Shown here: positions 20,633 through 29,089 of the stretch, piece after piece
How the letters are laid out: each line of letters begins with the position of its first letter
Numbering within the stretch: position 1 is the first letter of the stretch
DNA from: Escherichia phage T7
Sequence record: PV223882
Reading direction: 5' to 3' (one strand)
Length of the DNA: 38,432 bases
Notes under the pieces: generated by a model
The model's database searches: none
The model's input: only the letters and a program-made list of their open reading frames with translations
What the model was told of the DNA's origin: nothing
Program-made: the position numbers and the translations under genes

Positions 20633-21670
20633 ATGGCTAGCATGACTGGTGGACAGCAAATGGGTACTAACCAAGGTAAAGGTGTAGTTGCTGCTGGAGA
20701 TAAACTGGCGTTGTTCTTGAAGGTATTTGGCGGTGAAGTCCTGACTGCGTTCGCTCGTACCTCCGTGACCACTTCTCGCCACATGGTACGTTCCATCTCC
20801 AGCGGTAAATCCGCTCAGTTCCCTGTTCTGGGTCGCACTCAGGCAGCGTATCTGGCTCCGGGCGAGAACCTCGACGATAAACGTAAGGACATCAAACACA
20901 CCGAGAAGGTAATCACCATTGACGGTCTCCTGACGGCTGACGTTCTGATTTATGATATTGAGGACGCGATGAACCACTACGACGTTCGCTCTGAGTATAC
21001 CTCTCAGTTGGGTGAATCTCTGGCGATGGCTGCGGATGGTGCGGTTCTGGCTGAGATTGCCGGTCTGTGTAACGTGGAAAGCAAATATAATGAGAACATC
21101 GAGGGCTTAGGTACTGCTACCGTAATTGAGACCACTCAGAACAAGGCCGCACTTACCGACCAAGTTGCGCTGGGTAAGGAGATTATTGCGGCTCTGACTA
21201 AGGCTCGTGCGGCTCTGACCAAGAACTATGTTCCGGCTGCTGACCGTGTGTTCTACTGTGACCCAGATAGCTACTCTGCGATTCTGGCAGCACTGATGCC
21301 GAACGCAGCAAACTACGCTGCTCTGATTGACCCTGAGAAGGGTTCTATCCGCAACGTTATGGGCTTTGAGGTTGTAGAAGTTCCGCACCTCACCGCTGGT
21401 GGTGCTGGTACCGCTCGTGAGGGCACTACTGGTCAGAAGCACGTCTTCCCTGCCAATAAAGGTGAGGGTAATGTCAAGGTTGCTAAGGACAACGTTATCG
21501 GCCTGTTCATGCACCGCTCTGCGGTAGGTACTGTTAAGCTGCGTGACTTGGCTCTGGAGCGCGCTCGCCGTGCTAACTTCCAAGCGGACCAGATTATCGC
21601 TAAGTACGCAATGGGCCACGGTGGTCTTCGCCCAGAAGCTGCTGGTGCAGTGGTTTTCAAAGTGGAGTAA
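20633..21670 (+). CDS. 10A: Major capsid protein gp10A
   Basis: 345-aa ORF MASMTGGQQMG... (T7-tag N-terminus) ending ...AVVFKVE*. Confidence 0.98.
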   Translation: MASMTGGQQMGTNQGKGVVAAGDKLALFLKVFGGEVLTAFARTSVTTSRHMVRSISSGKSAQFPVLGRTQAAYLAPGENLDDKRKDIKHTEKVITIDGLLTADVLIYDIEDAMNHYDVRSEYTSQLGESLAMAADGAVLAEIAGLCNVESKYNENIEGLGTATVIETTQNKAALTDQVALGKEIIAALTKARAALTKNYVPAADRVFYCDPDSYSAILAALMPNAANYAALIDPEKGSIRNVMGFEVVEVPHLTAGGAGTAREGTTGQKHVFPANKGEGNVKVAKDNVIGLFMHRSAVGTVKLRDLALERARRANFQADQIIAKYAMGHGGLRPEAAGAVVFKVE

Positions 21671-21693
21671 TAATACGACTCACTATAGGCCTC
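21671..21693 (+). promoter_or_regulatory. Inserted T7 promoter (pET-style, no lac operator) driving the second lysin cassette
   Basis: Identical to the 16288 element: taatacgactcactataggcctctagaaataattttgtttaactttaagaaggagatatacat. Confidence 0.9.
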
Positions 21694-21733
21694 TAGAAAT
21701 AATTTTGTTTAACTTTAAGAAGGAGATATACAT

Positions 21734-22498
21734 ATGACAACAGTAAATGAAGCATTAAATAATGTAAGAGCTCAGGTTGGGTCCGGTGTGTCTGTTGGCA
21801 ACGGCGAATGCTACGCTTTGGCTAGTTGGTACGAGCGCATGATTAGTCCGGATGCAACTGTCGGACTTGGCGCTGGTGTGGGCTGGGTCAGCGGTGCAAT
21901 CGGCGATACAATCTCTGCCAAAAACATCGGCTCATCATACAACTGGCAAGCTAACGGCTGGACAGTTTCCACATCTGGTCCATTTAAAGCAGGTCAGATT
22001 GTGACGCTTGGGGCAACACCAGGAAACCCTTACGGACATGTGGTAATCGTCGAAGCAGTGGACGGCGATAGATTGACTATTTTGGAGCAAAACTACGGCG
22101 GGAAACGTTATCCCGTCCGTAATTATTACAGCGCTGCAAGCTATCGTCAACAGGTCGTGCATTACATCACACCGCCTGGCACGGTCGCACAGTCAGCACC
22201 CAACCTTGCAGGCTCTCGTTCCTATCGCGAGACGGGCACTATGACTGTCACGGTCGATGCTCTCAATGTTCGCAGGGCGCCAAATACTTCAGGCGAGATT
22301 GTAGCAGTATACAAGCGTGGTGAATCATTTGACTATGATACTGTCATCATCGATGTCAATGGCTATGTCTGGGTGTCTTACATAGGCGGCAGCGGCAAAC
22401 GTAACTACGTTGCGACGGGCGCTACCAAAGACGGTAAGCGTTTCGGCAATGCTTGGGGTACATTTAAAGGCAGCAGCCATCATCATCATCATCACTAG
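21734..22498 (+). CDS. plySs2: Heterologous C-terminally His6-tagged CHAP-SH3b streptococcal lysin (PlySs2-like)
   Basis: MTTVNEALNNVRAQVGSGVSVGNGECYALASWYERMISPD... recognised as PlySs2 from S. suis; ends ...[13 protein letters not shown]. Confidence 0.8.
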   Translation: MTTVNEALNNVRAQVGSGVSVGNGECYALASWYERMISPDATVGLGAGVGWVSGAIGDTISAKNIGSSYNWQANGWTVSTSGPFKAGQIVTLGATPGNPYGHVVIVEAVDGDRLTILEQNYGGKRYPVRNYYSAASYRQQVVHYITPPGTVAQSAPNLAGSRSYRETGTMTVTVDALNVRRAPNTSGEIVAVYKRGESFDYDTVIIDVNGYVWVSYIGGSGKRNYVATGATKDGKRFGNAWGTFKGSSHHHHHH

Positions 22499-22656
22499 CT
22501 GCTGGGGGTGGCCTCAACGGTCGCTGCTAGTCCCGAAGAGGCGAGTGTTACTTCAACAGAAGAAACCTTAACGCCAGCACAGAAGGCCGCACGCACCCGC
22601 GCTGCTAACAAAGCCCGAAAGGAAGCTGAGTTGACTGCTGCCACCGCTGAGCAATA
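22499..22656 (+). other. Untranslated remnant of the gene 10B C-terminal extension region
   Basis: Sequence that in wild-type T7 encodes the frameshift-dependent 10B tail now lies downstream of the cassette stop. Confidence 0.75.
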
Positions 22657-22704
22657 ACTAGCATAACCCCTTGGGGCCTCTAAACGGGTCTTGAGGGGTT
22701 TTTT
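22657..22704 (+). terminator. T7 RNAP terminator Tphi
   Basis: ctagcataaccccttggggcctctaaacgggtcttgaggggttttttg. Confidence 0.95.
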
Positions 22705-22722
22705 GCTGAAAGGAGGAACTAT

Positions 22723-23313
22723 ATGCGCTCATGCGATATGAACGTTGAGACTGCCGCTGAGTTATCAGCTGTGAACGACATTCTGGCGTCTATCGGTGAA
22801 CCTCCGGTATCAACGCTGGAAGGTGACGCTAACGCAGATGTAGCGAACGCTCGGCGTATTCTCAACAAGATTAACCGACAGATTCAATCTCGTGGATGGA
22901 CGTTCAACATTGAGGAAGGCATAACGCTACTACCTGATGTTTACTCCAACCTGATTGTATACAGTGACGACTATTTATCCCTAATGTCTACTTCCGGTCA
23001 ATCCATCTACGTTAACCGAGGTGGCTATGTGTATGACCGAACGAGTCAATCAGACCGCTTTGACTCTGGTATTACTGTGAACATTATTCGTCTCCGCGAC
23101 TACGATGAGATGCCTGAGTGCTTCCGTTACTGGATTGTCACCAAGGCTTCCCGTCAGTTCAACAACCGATTCTTTGGGGCACCGGAAGTAGAGGGTGTAC
23201 TCCAAGAAGAGGAAGATGAGGCTAGACGTCTCTGCATGGAGTATGAGATGGACTACGGTGGGTACAATATGCTGGATGGAGATGCGTTCACTTCTGGTCT
23301 ACTGACTCGCTAA
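22723..23313 (+). CDS. 11: Tail tubular protein A gp11
   Basis: 196-aa ORF in T7 order after Tphi. Confidence 0.95.
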   Translation: MRSCDMNVETAAELSAVNDILASIGEPPVSTLEGDANADVANARRILNKINRQIQSRGWTFNIEEGITLLPDVYSNLIVYSDDYLSLMSTSGQSIYVNRGGYVYDRTSQSDRFDSGITVNIIRLRDYDEMPECFRYWIVTKASRQFNNRFFGAPEVEGVLQEEEDEARRLCMEYEMDYGGYNMLDGDAFTSGLLTR

Positions 23314-23336
23314 CATTAATAAATAAGGAGGCTCTA

Positions 23337-25721
23337 ATGGCACTCATTAGCCAATCAATCAAGAACTTGAAGGGTGGTATCAGCCAACAGCCTGACATCC
23401 TTCGTTATCCAGACCAAGGGTCACGCCAAGTTAACGGTTGGTCTTCGGAGACCGAGGGCCTCCAAAAGCGTCCACCTCTTGTTTTCTTAAATACACTTGG
23501 AGACAACGGTGCGTTAGGTCAAGCTCCGTACATCCACCTGATTAACCGAGATGAGCACGAACAGTATTACGCTGTGTTCACTGGTAGCGGAATCCGAGTG
23601 TTCGACCTTTCTGGTAACGAGAAGCAAGTTAGGTATCCTAACGGTTCCAACTACATCAAGACCGCTAATCCACGTAACGACCTGCGAATGGTTACTGTAG
23701 CAGACTATACGTTCATCGTTAACCGTAACGTTGTTGCACAGAAGAACACAAAGTCTGTCAACTTACCGAATTACAACCCTAATCAAGACGGATTGATTAA
23801 CGTTCGTGGTGGTCAGTATGGTAGGGAACTAATTGTACACATTAACGGTAAAGACGTTGCGAAGTATAAGATACCAGATGGTAGTCAACCTGAACACGTA
23901 AACAATACGGATGCCCAATGGTTAGCTGAAGAGTTAGCCAAGCAGATGCGCACTAACTTGTCTGATTGGACTGTAAATGTAGGGCAAGGGTTCATCCATG
24001 TGACCGCACCTAGTGGTCAACAGATTGACTCCTTCACGACTAAAGATGGCTACGCAGACCAGTTGATTAACCCTGTGACCCACTACGCTCAGTCGTTCTC
24101 TAAGCTGCCACCTAATGCTCCTAACGGCTACATGGTGAAAATCGTAGGGGACGCCTCTAAGTCTGCCGACCAGTATTACGTTCGGTATGACGCTGAGCGG
24201 AAAGTTTGGACTGAGACTTTAGGTTGGAACACTGAGGACCAAGTTCTATGGGAAACCATGCCACACGCTCTTGTGCGAGCCGCTGACGGTAATTTCGACT
24301 TCAAGTGGCTTGAGTGGTCTCCTAAGTCTTGTGGTGACGTTGACACCAACCCTTGGCCTTCTTTTGTTGGTTCAAGTATTAACGATGTGTTCTTCTTCCG
24401 TAACCGCTTAGGATTCCTTAGTGGGGAGAACATCATATTGAGTCGTACAGCCAAATACTTCAACTTCTACCCTGCGTCCATTGCGAACCTTAGTGATGAC
24501 GACCCTATAGACGTAGCTGTGAGTACCAACCGAATAGCAATCCTTAAGTACGCCGTTCCGTTCTCAGAAGAGTTACTCATCTGGTCCGATGAAGCACAAT
24601 TCGTCCTGACTGCCTCGGGTACTCTCACATCTAAGTCGGTTGAGTTGAACCTAACGACCCAGTTTGACGTACAGGACCGAGCGAGACCTTTTGGGATTGG
24701 GCGTAATGTCTACTTTGCTAGTCCGAGGTCCAGCTTCACGTCCATCCACAGGTACTACGCTGTGCAGGATGTCAGTTCCGTTAAGAATGCTGAGGACATT
24801 ACATCACACGTTCCTAACTACATCCCTAATGGTGTGTTCAGTATTTGCGGAAGTGGTACGGAAAACTTCTGTTCGGTACTATCTCACGGGGACCCTAGTA
24901 AAATCTTCATGTACAAATTCCTGTACCTGAACGAAGAGTTAAGGCAACAGTCGTGGTCTCATTGGGACTTTGGGGAAAACGTACAGGTTCTAGCTTGTCA
25001 GAGTATCAGCTCAGATATGTATGTGATTCTTCGCAATGAGTTCAATACGTTCCTAGCTAGAATCTCTTTCACTAAGAACGCCATTGACTTACAGGGAGAA
25101 CCCTATCGTGCCTTTATGGACATGAAGATTCGATACACGATTCCTAGTGGAACATACAACGATGACACATTCACTACCTCTATTCATATTCCAACAATTT
25201 ATGGTGCAAACTTCGGGAGGGGCAAAATCACTGTATTGGAGCCTGATGGTAAGATAACCGTGTTTGAGCAACCTACGGCTGGGTGGAATAGCGACCCTTG
25301 GCTGAGACTCAGCGGTAACTTGGAGGGACGCATGGTGTACATTGGGTTCAACATTAACTTCGTATATGAGTTCTCTAAGTTCCTCATCAAGCAGACTGCC
25401 GACGACGGGTCTACCTCCACGGAAGACATTGGGCGCTTACAGTTACGCCGAGCGTGGGTTAACTACGAGAACTCTGGTACGTTTGACATTTATGTTGAGA
25501 ACCAATCGTCTAACTGGAAGTACACAATGACTGGTGCCCGATTAGGCTCTAACACTCTGAGGGCTGGGAGACTGAACTTAGGGACCGGACAATATCGATT
25601 CCCTGTGGTTGGTAACGCCAAGTTCAACACTGTATACATCTTGTCAGATGAGACTACCCCTCTGAACATCATTGGGTGTGGCTGGGAAGGTAACTACTTA
25701 CGGAGAAGTTCCGGTATTTAA
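23337..25721 (+). CDS. 12: Tail tubular protein B gp12
   Basis: 794-aa ORF MALISQSIKNLKGGISQQPDILRYPDQG... Confidence 0.96.
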   Translation: MALISQSIKNLKGGISQQPDILRYPDQGSRQVNGWSSETEGLQKRPPLVFLNTLGDNGALGQAPYIHLINRDEHEQYYAVFTGSGIRVFDLSGNEKQVRYPNGSNYIKTANPRNDLRMVTVADYTFIVNRNVVAQKNTKSVNLPNYNPNQDGLINVRGGQYGRELIVHINGKDVAKYKIPDGSQPEHVNNTDAQWLAEELAKQMRTNLSDWTVNVGQGFIHVTAPSGQQIDSFTTKDGYADQLINPVTHYAQSFSKLPPNAPNGYMVKIVGDASKSADQYYVRYDAERKVWTETLGWNTEDQVLWETMPHALVRAADGNFDFKWLEWSPKSCGDVDTNPWPSFVGSSINDVFFFRNRLGFLSGENIILSRTAKYFNFYPASIANLSDDDPIDVAVSTNRIAILKYAVPFSEELLIWSDEAQFVLTASGTLTSKSVELNLTTQFDVQDRARPFGIGRNVYFASPRSSFTSIHRYYAVQDVSSVKNAEDITSHVPNYIPNGVFSICGSGTENFCSVLSHGDPSKIFMYKFLYLNEELRQQSWSHWDFGENVQVLACQSISSDMYVILRNEFNTFLARISFTKNAIDLQGEPYRAFMDMKIRYTIPSGTYNDDTFTTSIHIPTIYGANFGRGKITVLEPDGKITVFEQPTAGWNSDPWLRLSGNLEGRMVYIGFNINFVYEFSKFLIKQTADDGSTSTEDIGRLQLRRAWVNYENSGTFDIYVENQSSNWKYTMTGARLGSNTLRAGRLNLGTGQYRFPVVGNAKFNTVYILSDETTPLNIIGCGWEGNYLRRSSGI

Positions 25722-25751
25722 TTAAATATTCTCCCTGTGGTGGCTCGAAAT

Positions 25752-25774
25752 TAATACGACTCACTATAGGGAGA
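25752..25774 (+). promoter_or_regulatory. T7 class III promoter phi13
   Basis: taatacgactcactatagggagaac. Confidence 0.9.
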
Positions 25775-25801
25775 ACAATACGACTACGGGAGGGTTTTCT
25801 T

Positions 25802-26218
25802 ATGATGACTATAAGACCTACTAAAAGTACAGACTTTGAGGTATTCACTCCGGCTCACCATGACATTCTTGAAGCTAAGGCTGCTGGTATTGAGCCGAGT
25901 TTCCCTGATGCTTCCGAGTGTGTCACGTTGAGCCTCTATGGGTTCCCTCTAGCTATCGGTGGTAACTGCGGGGACCAGTGCTGGTTCGTTACGAGCGACC
26001 AAGTGTGGCGACTTAGTGGAAAGGCTAAGCGAAAGTTCCGTAAGTTAATCATGGAGTATCGCGATAAGATGCTTGAGAAGTATGATACTCTTTGGAATTA
26101 CGTATGGGTAGGCAATACGTCCCACATTCGTTTCCTCAAGACTATCGGTGCGGTATTCCATGAAGAGTACACACGAGATGGTCAATTTCAGTTATTTACA
26201 ATCACGAAAGGAGGATAA
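25802..26218 (+). CDS. 13: Internal virion protein A gp13
   Basis: 138-aa ORF MMTIRPTKSTDFEVFTPAHHD... Confidence 0.93.
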   Translation: MMTIRPTKSTDFEVFTPAHHDILEAKAAGIEPSFPDASECVTLSLYGFPLAIGGNCGDQCWFVTSDQVWRLSGKAKRKFRKLIMEYRDKMLEKYDTLWNYVWVGNTSHIRFLKTIGAVFHEEYTRDGQFQLFTITKGG

Positions 26219-26222
26219 CCAT

Positions 26223-26813
26223 ATGTGTTGGGCAGCCGCAATACCTATCGCTATATCTGGCGCTCAGGCTATCAGTGATCAGAACGCTCAGGCCAAAATG
26301 ATTGCCGCTCAGACCGCTGCTGGTCGTCGTCAAGCTATGGAAATCATGAGGCAGACGAACATCCAGAATGCTGACCTATCGTTGTCAGCTCGAAGTAAAC
26401 TTGAGGAAGCGTCCGCCGAGTTGACCTCACAGAACATGCAGAAGGTCCAAGCTATTGGGTCTATCCGAGCGGCTATCGGAGAGAGTATGCTTGAAGGTTC
26501 CTCAATGGACCGCATTAAGCGAGTCACAGAAGGACAGTTCATTCGGGAAGCCAATATGGTAACTGAGAACTATCGCCGTGACTACCAAGCAATCTTCGCA
26601 CAGCAACTTGGTGGTACTCAAAGTGCTGCAAGTCAGATTGACGAAATCTATAAGAGCGAACAGAAACAGAAGAGTAAGCTACAGATGGTTCTGGACCCAC
26701 TGGCTATCATGGGGTCTTCCGCTGCGAGTGCTTACGCATCCGGTGCGTTCGACTCTAAGTCCACAACTAAGGCACCTATTGTTGCCGCTAAAGGAACCAA
26801 GACGGGGAGGTAA
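26223..26813 (+). CDS. 14: Internal core protein gp14
   Basis: 196-aa ORF MCWAAAIPIAISGAQAISDQNAQ...; internal start of the listed ORF. Confidence 0.92.
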   Translation: MCWAAAIPIAISGAQAISDQNAQAKMIAAQTAAGRRQAMEIMRQTNIQNADLSLSARSKLEEASAELTSQNMQKVQAIGSIRAAIGESMLEGSSMDRIKRVTEGQFIREANMVTENYRRDYQAIFAQQLGGTQSAASQIDEIYKSEQKQKSKLQMVLDPLAIMGSSAASAYASGAFDSKSTTKAPIVAAKGTKTGR

Positions 26814-26819
26814 TGAGCT

Positions 26820-29063
26820 ATGAGTAAAATTGAATCTGCCCTTCAAGCGGCACAACCGGGACTCTCTCGGTTACGTGGTGGTGCTGGAGGTATGGGCTAT
26901 CGTGCAGCAACCACTCAGGCCGAACAGCCAAGGTCAAGCCTATTGGACACCATTGGTCGGTTCGCTAAGGCTGGTGCCGATATGTATACCGCTAAGGAAC
27001 AACGAGCACGAGACCTAGCTGATGAACGCTCTAACGAGATTATCCGTAAGCTGACCCCTGAGCAACGTCGAGAAGCTCTCAACAACGGGACCCTTCTGTA
27101 TCAGGATGACCCATACGCTATGGAAGCACTCCGAGTCAAGACTGGTCGTAACGCTGCGTATCTTGTGGACGATGACGTTATGCAGAAGATAAAAGAGGGT
27201 GTCTTCCGTACTCGCGAAGAGATGGAAGAGTATCGCCATAGTCGCCTTCAAGAGGGCGCTAAGGTATACGCTGAGCAGTTCGGCATCGACCCTGAGGACG
27301 TTGATTATCAGCGTGGTTTCAACGGGGACATTACCGAGCGTAACATCTCGCTGTATGGTGCGCATGATAACTTCTTGAGCCAGCAAGCTCAGAAGGGCGC
27401 TATCATGAACAGCCGAGTGGAACTCAACGGTGTCCTTCAAGACCCTGATATGCTGCGTCGTCCAGACTCTGCTGACTTCTTTGAGAAGTATATCGACAAC
27501 GGTCTGGTTACTGGCGCAATCCCATCTGATGCTCAAGCCACACAGCTTATAAGCCAAGCGTTCAGTGACGCTTCTAGCCGTGCTGGTGGTGCTGACTTCC
27601 TGATGCGAGTCGGTGACAAGAAGGTAACACTTAACGGAGCCACTACGACTTACCGAGAGTTGATTGGTGAGGAACAGTGGAACGCTCTCATGGTCACAGC
27701 ACAACGTTCTCAGTTTGAGACTGACGCGAAGCTGAACGAGCAGTATCGCTTGGAGATTAACTCTGCGCTGAACCAAGAGGACCCAAGGACAGCTTGGGAG
27801 ATGCTTCAAGGTATCAAGGCTGAACTAGATAAGGTCCAACCTGATGAGCAGATGACACCACAACGTGAGTGGCTAATCTCCGCACAGGAACAAGTTCAGA
27901 ATCAGATGAACGCATGGACGAAAGCTCAGGCCAAGGCTCTGGACGATTCCATGAAGTCAATGAACAAACTTGACGTAATCGACAAGCAATTCCAGAAGCG
28001 AATCAACGGTGAGTGGGTCTCAACGGATTTTAAGGATATGCCAGTCAACGAGAACACTGGTGAGTTCAAGCATAGCGATATGGTTAACTACGCCAATAAG
28101 AAGCTCGCTGAGATTGACAGTATGGACATTCCAGACGGTGCCAAGGATGCTATGAAGTTGAAGTACCTTCAAGCGGACTCTAAGGACGGAGCATTCCGTA
28201 CAGCCATCGGAACCATGGTCACTGACGCTGGTCAAGAGTGGTCTGCCGCTGTGATTAACGGTAAGTTACCAGAACGAACCCCAGCTATGGATGCTCTGCG
28301 CAGAATCCGCAATGCTGACCCTCAGTTGATTGCTGCGCTATACCCAGACCAAGCTGAGCTATTCCTGACGATGGACATGATGGACAAGCAGGGTATTGAC
28401 CCTCAGGTTATTCTTGATGCCGACCGACTGACTGTTAAGCGGTCCAAAGAGCAACGCTTTGAGGATGATAAAGCATTCGAGTCTGCACTGAATGCATCTA
28501 AGGCTCCTGAGATTGCCCGTATGCCAGCGTCACTGCGCGAATCTGCACGTAAGATTTATGACTCCGTTAAGTATCGCTCGGGGAACGAAAGCATGGCTAT
28601 GGAGCAGATGACCAAGTTCCTTAAGGAATCTACCTACACGTTCACTGGTGATGATGTTGACGGTGATACCGTTGGTGTGATTCCTAAGAATATGATGCAG
28701 GTTAACTCTGACCCGAAATCATGGGAGCAAGGTCGGGATATTCTGGAGGAAGCACGTAAGGGAATCATTGCGAGCAACCCTTGGATAACCAATAAGCAAC
28801 TGACCATGTATTCTCAAGGTGACTCCATTTACCTTATGGACACCACAGGTCAAGTCAGAGTCCGATACGACAAAGAGTTACTCTCGAAGGTCTGGAGTGA
28901 GAACCAGAAGAAACTCGAAGAGAAAGCTCGTGAGAAGGCTCTGGCTGATGTGAACAAGCGAGCACCTATAGTTGCCGCTACGAAGGCCCGTGAAGCTGCT
29001 GCTAAACGAGTCCGAGAGAAACGTAAACAGACTCCTAAGTTCATCTACGGACGTAAGGAGTAA
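26820..29063 (+). CDS. 15: Internal core protein gp15
   Basis: 747-aa ORF MSKIESALQAAQPGLSRLRGG... Confidence 0.96.
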   Translation: MSKIESALQAAQPGLSRLRGGAGGMGYRAATTQAEQPRSSLLDTIGRFAKAGADMYTAKEQRARDLADERSNEIIRKLTPEQRREALNNGTLLYQDDPYAMEALRVKTGRNAAYLVDDDVMQKIKEGVFRTREEMEEYRHSRLQEGAKVYAEQFGIDPEDVDYQRGFNGDITERNISLYGAHDNFLSQQAQKGAIMNSRVELNGVLQDPDMLRRPDSADFFEKYIDNGLVTGAIPSDAQATQLISQAFSDASSRAGGADFLMRVGDKKVTLNGATTTYRELIGEEQWNALMVTAQRSQFETDAKLNEQYRLEINSALNQEDPRTAWEMLQGIKAELDKVQPDEQMTPQREWLISAQEQVQNQMNAWTKAQAKALDDSMKSMNKLDVIDKQFQKRINGEWVSTDFKDMPVNENTGEFKHSDMVNYANKKLAEIDSMDIPDGAKDAMKLKYLQADSKDGAFRTAIGTMVTDAGQEWSAAVINGKLPERTPAMDALRRIRNADPQLIAALYPDQAELFLTMDMMDKQGIDPQVILDADRLTVKRSKEQRFEDDKAFESALNASKAPEIARMPASLRESARKIYDSVKYRSGNESMAMEQMTKFLKESTYTFTGDDVDGDTVGVIPKNMMQVNSDPKSWEQGRDILEEARKGIIASNPWITNKQLTMYSQGDSIYLMDTTGQVRVRYDKELLSKVWSENQKKLEEKAREKALADVNKRAPIVAATKAREAAAKRVREKRKQTPKFIYGRKE

Positions 29064-29089
29064 CTAAAGGCTACATAAGGAGGCCCTAA

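Noticed and set aside
16351-22498. The two lysin ORFs as a novel natural accessory or defence module
   Set aside because: Both carry vector-type His6 tags, identical T7-promoter and gene 10 leader flanks and NdeI-type ATG contexts, all signs of cloning. They are recognisable characterised lysins, not undescribed genes.
22723-23313. Possible amino-acid substitutions in gp11 (for example a Cys at residue 4) and elsewhere relative to wild type
   Set aside because: I cannot recall the reference sequence at single-residue resolution, so point differences cannot be asserted without an alignment.
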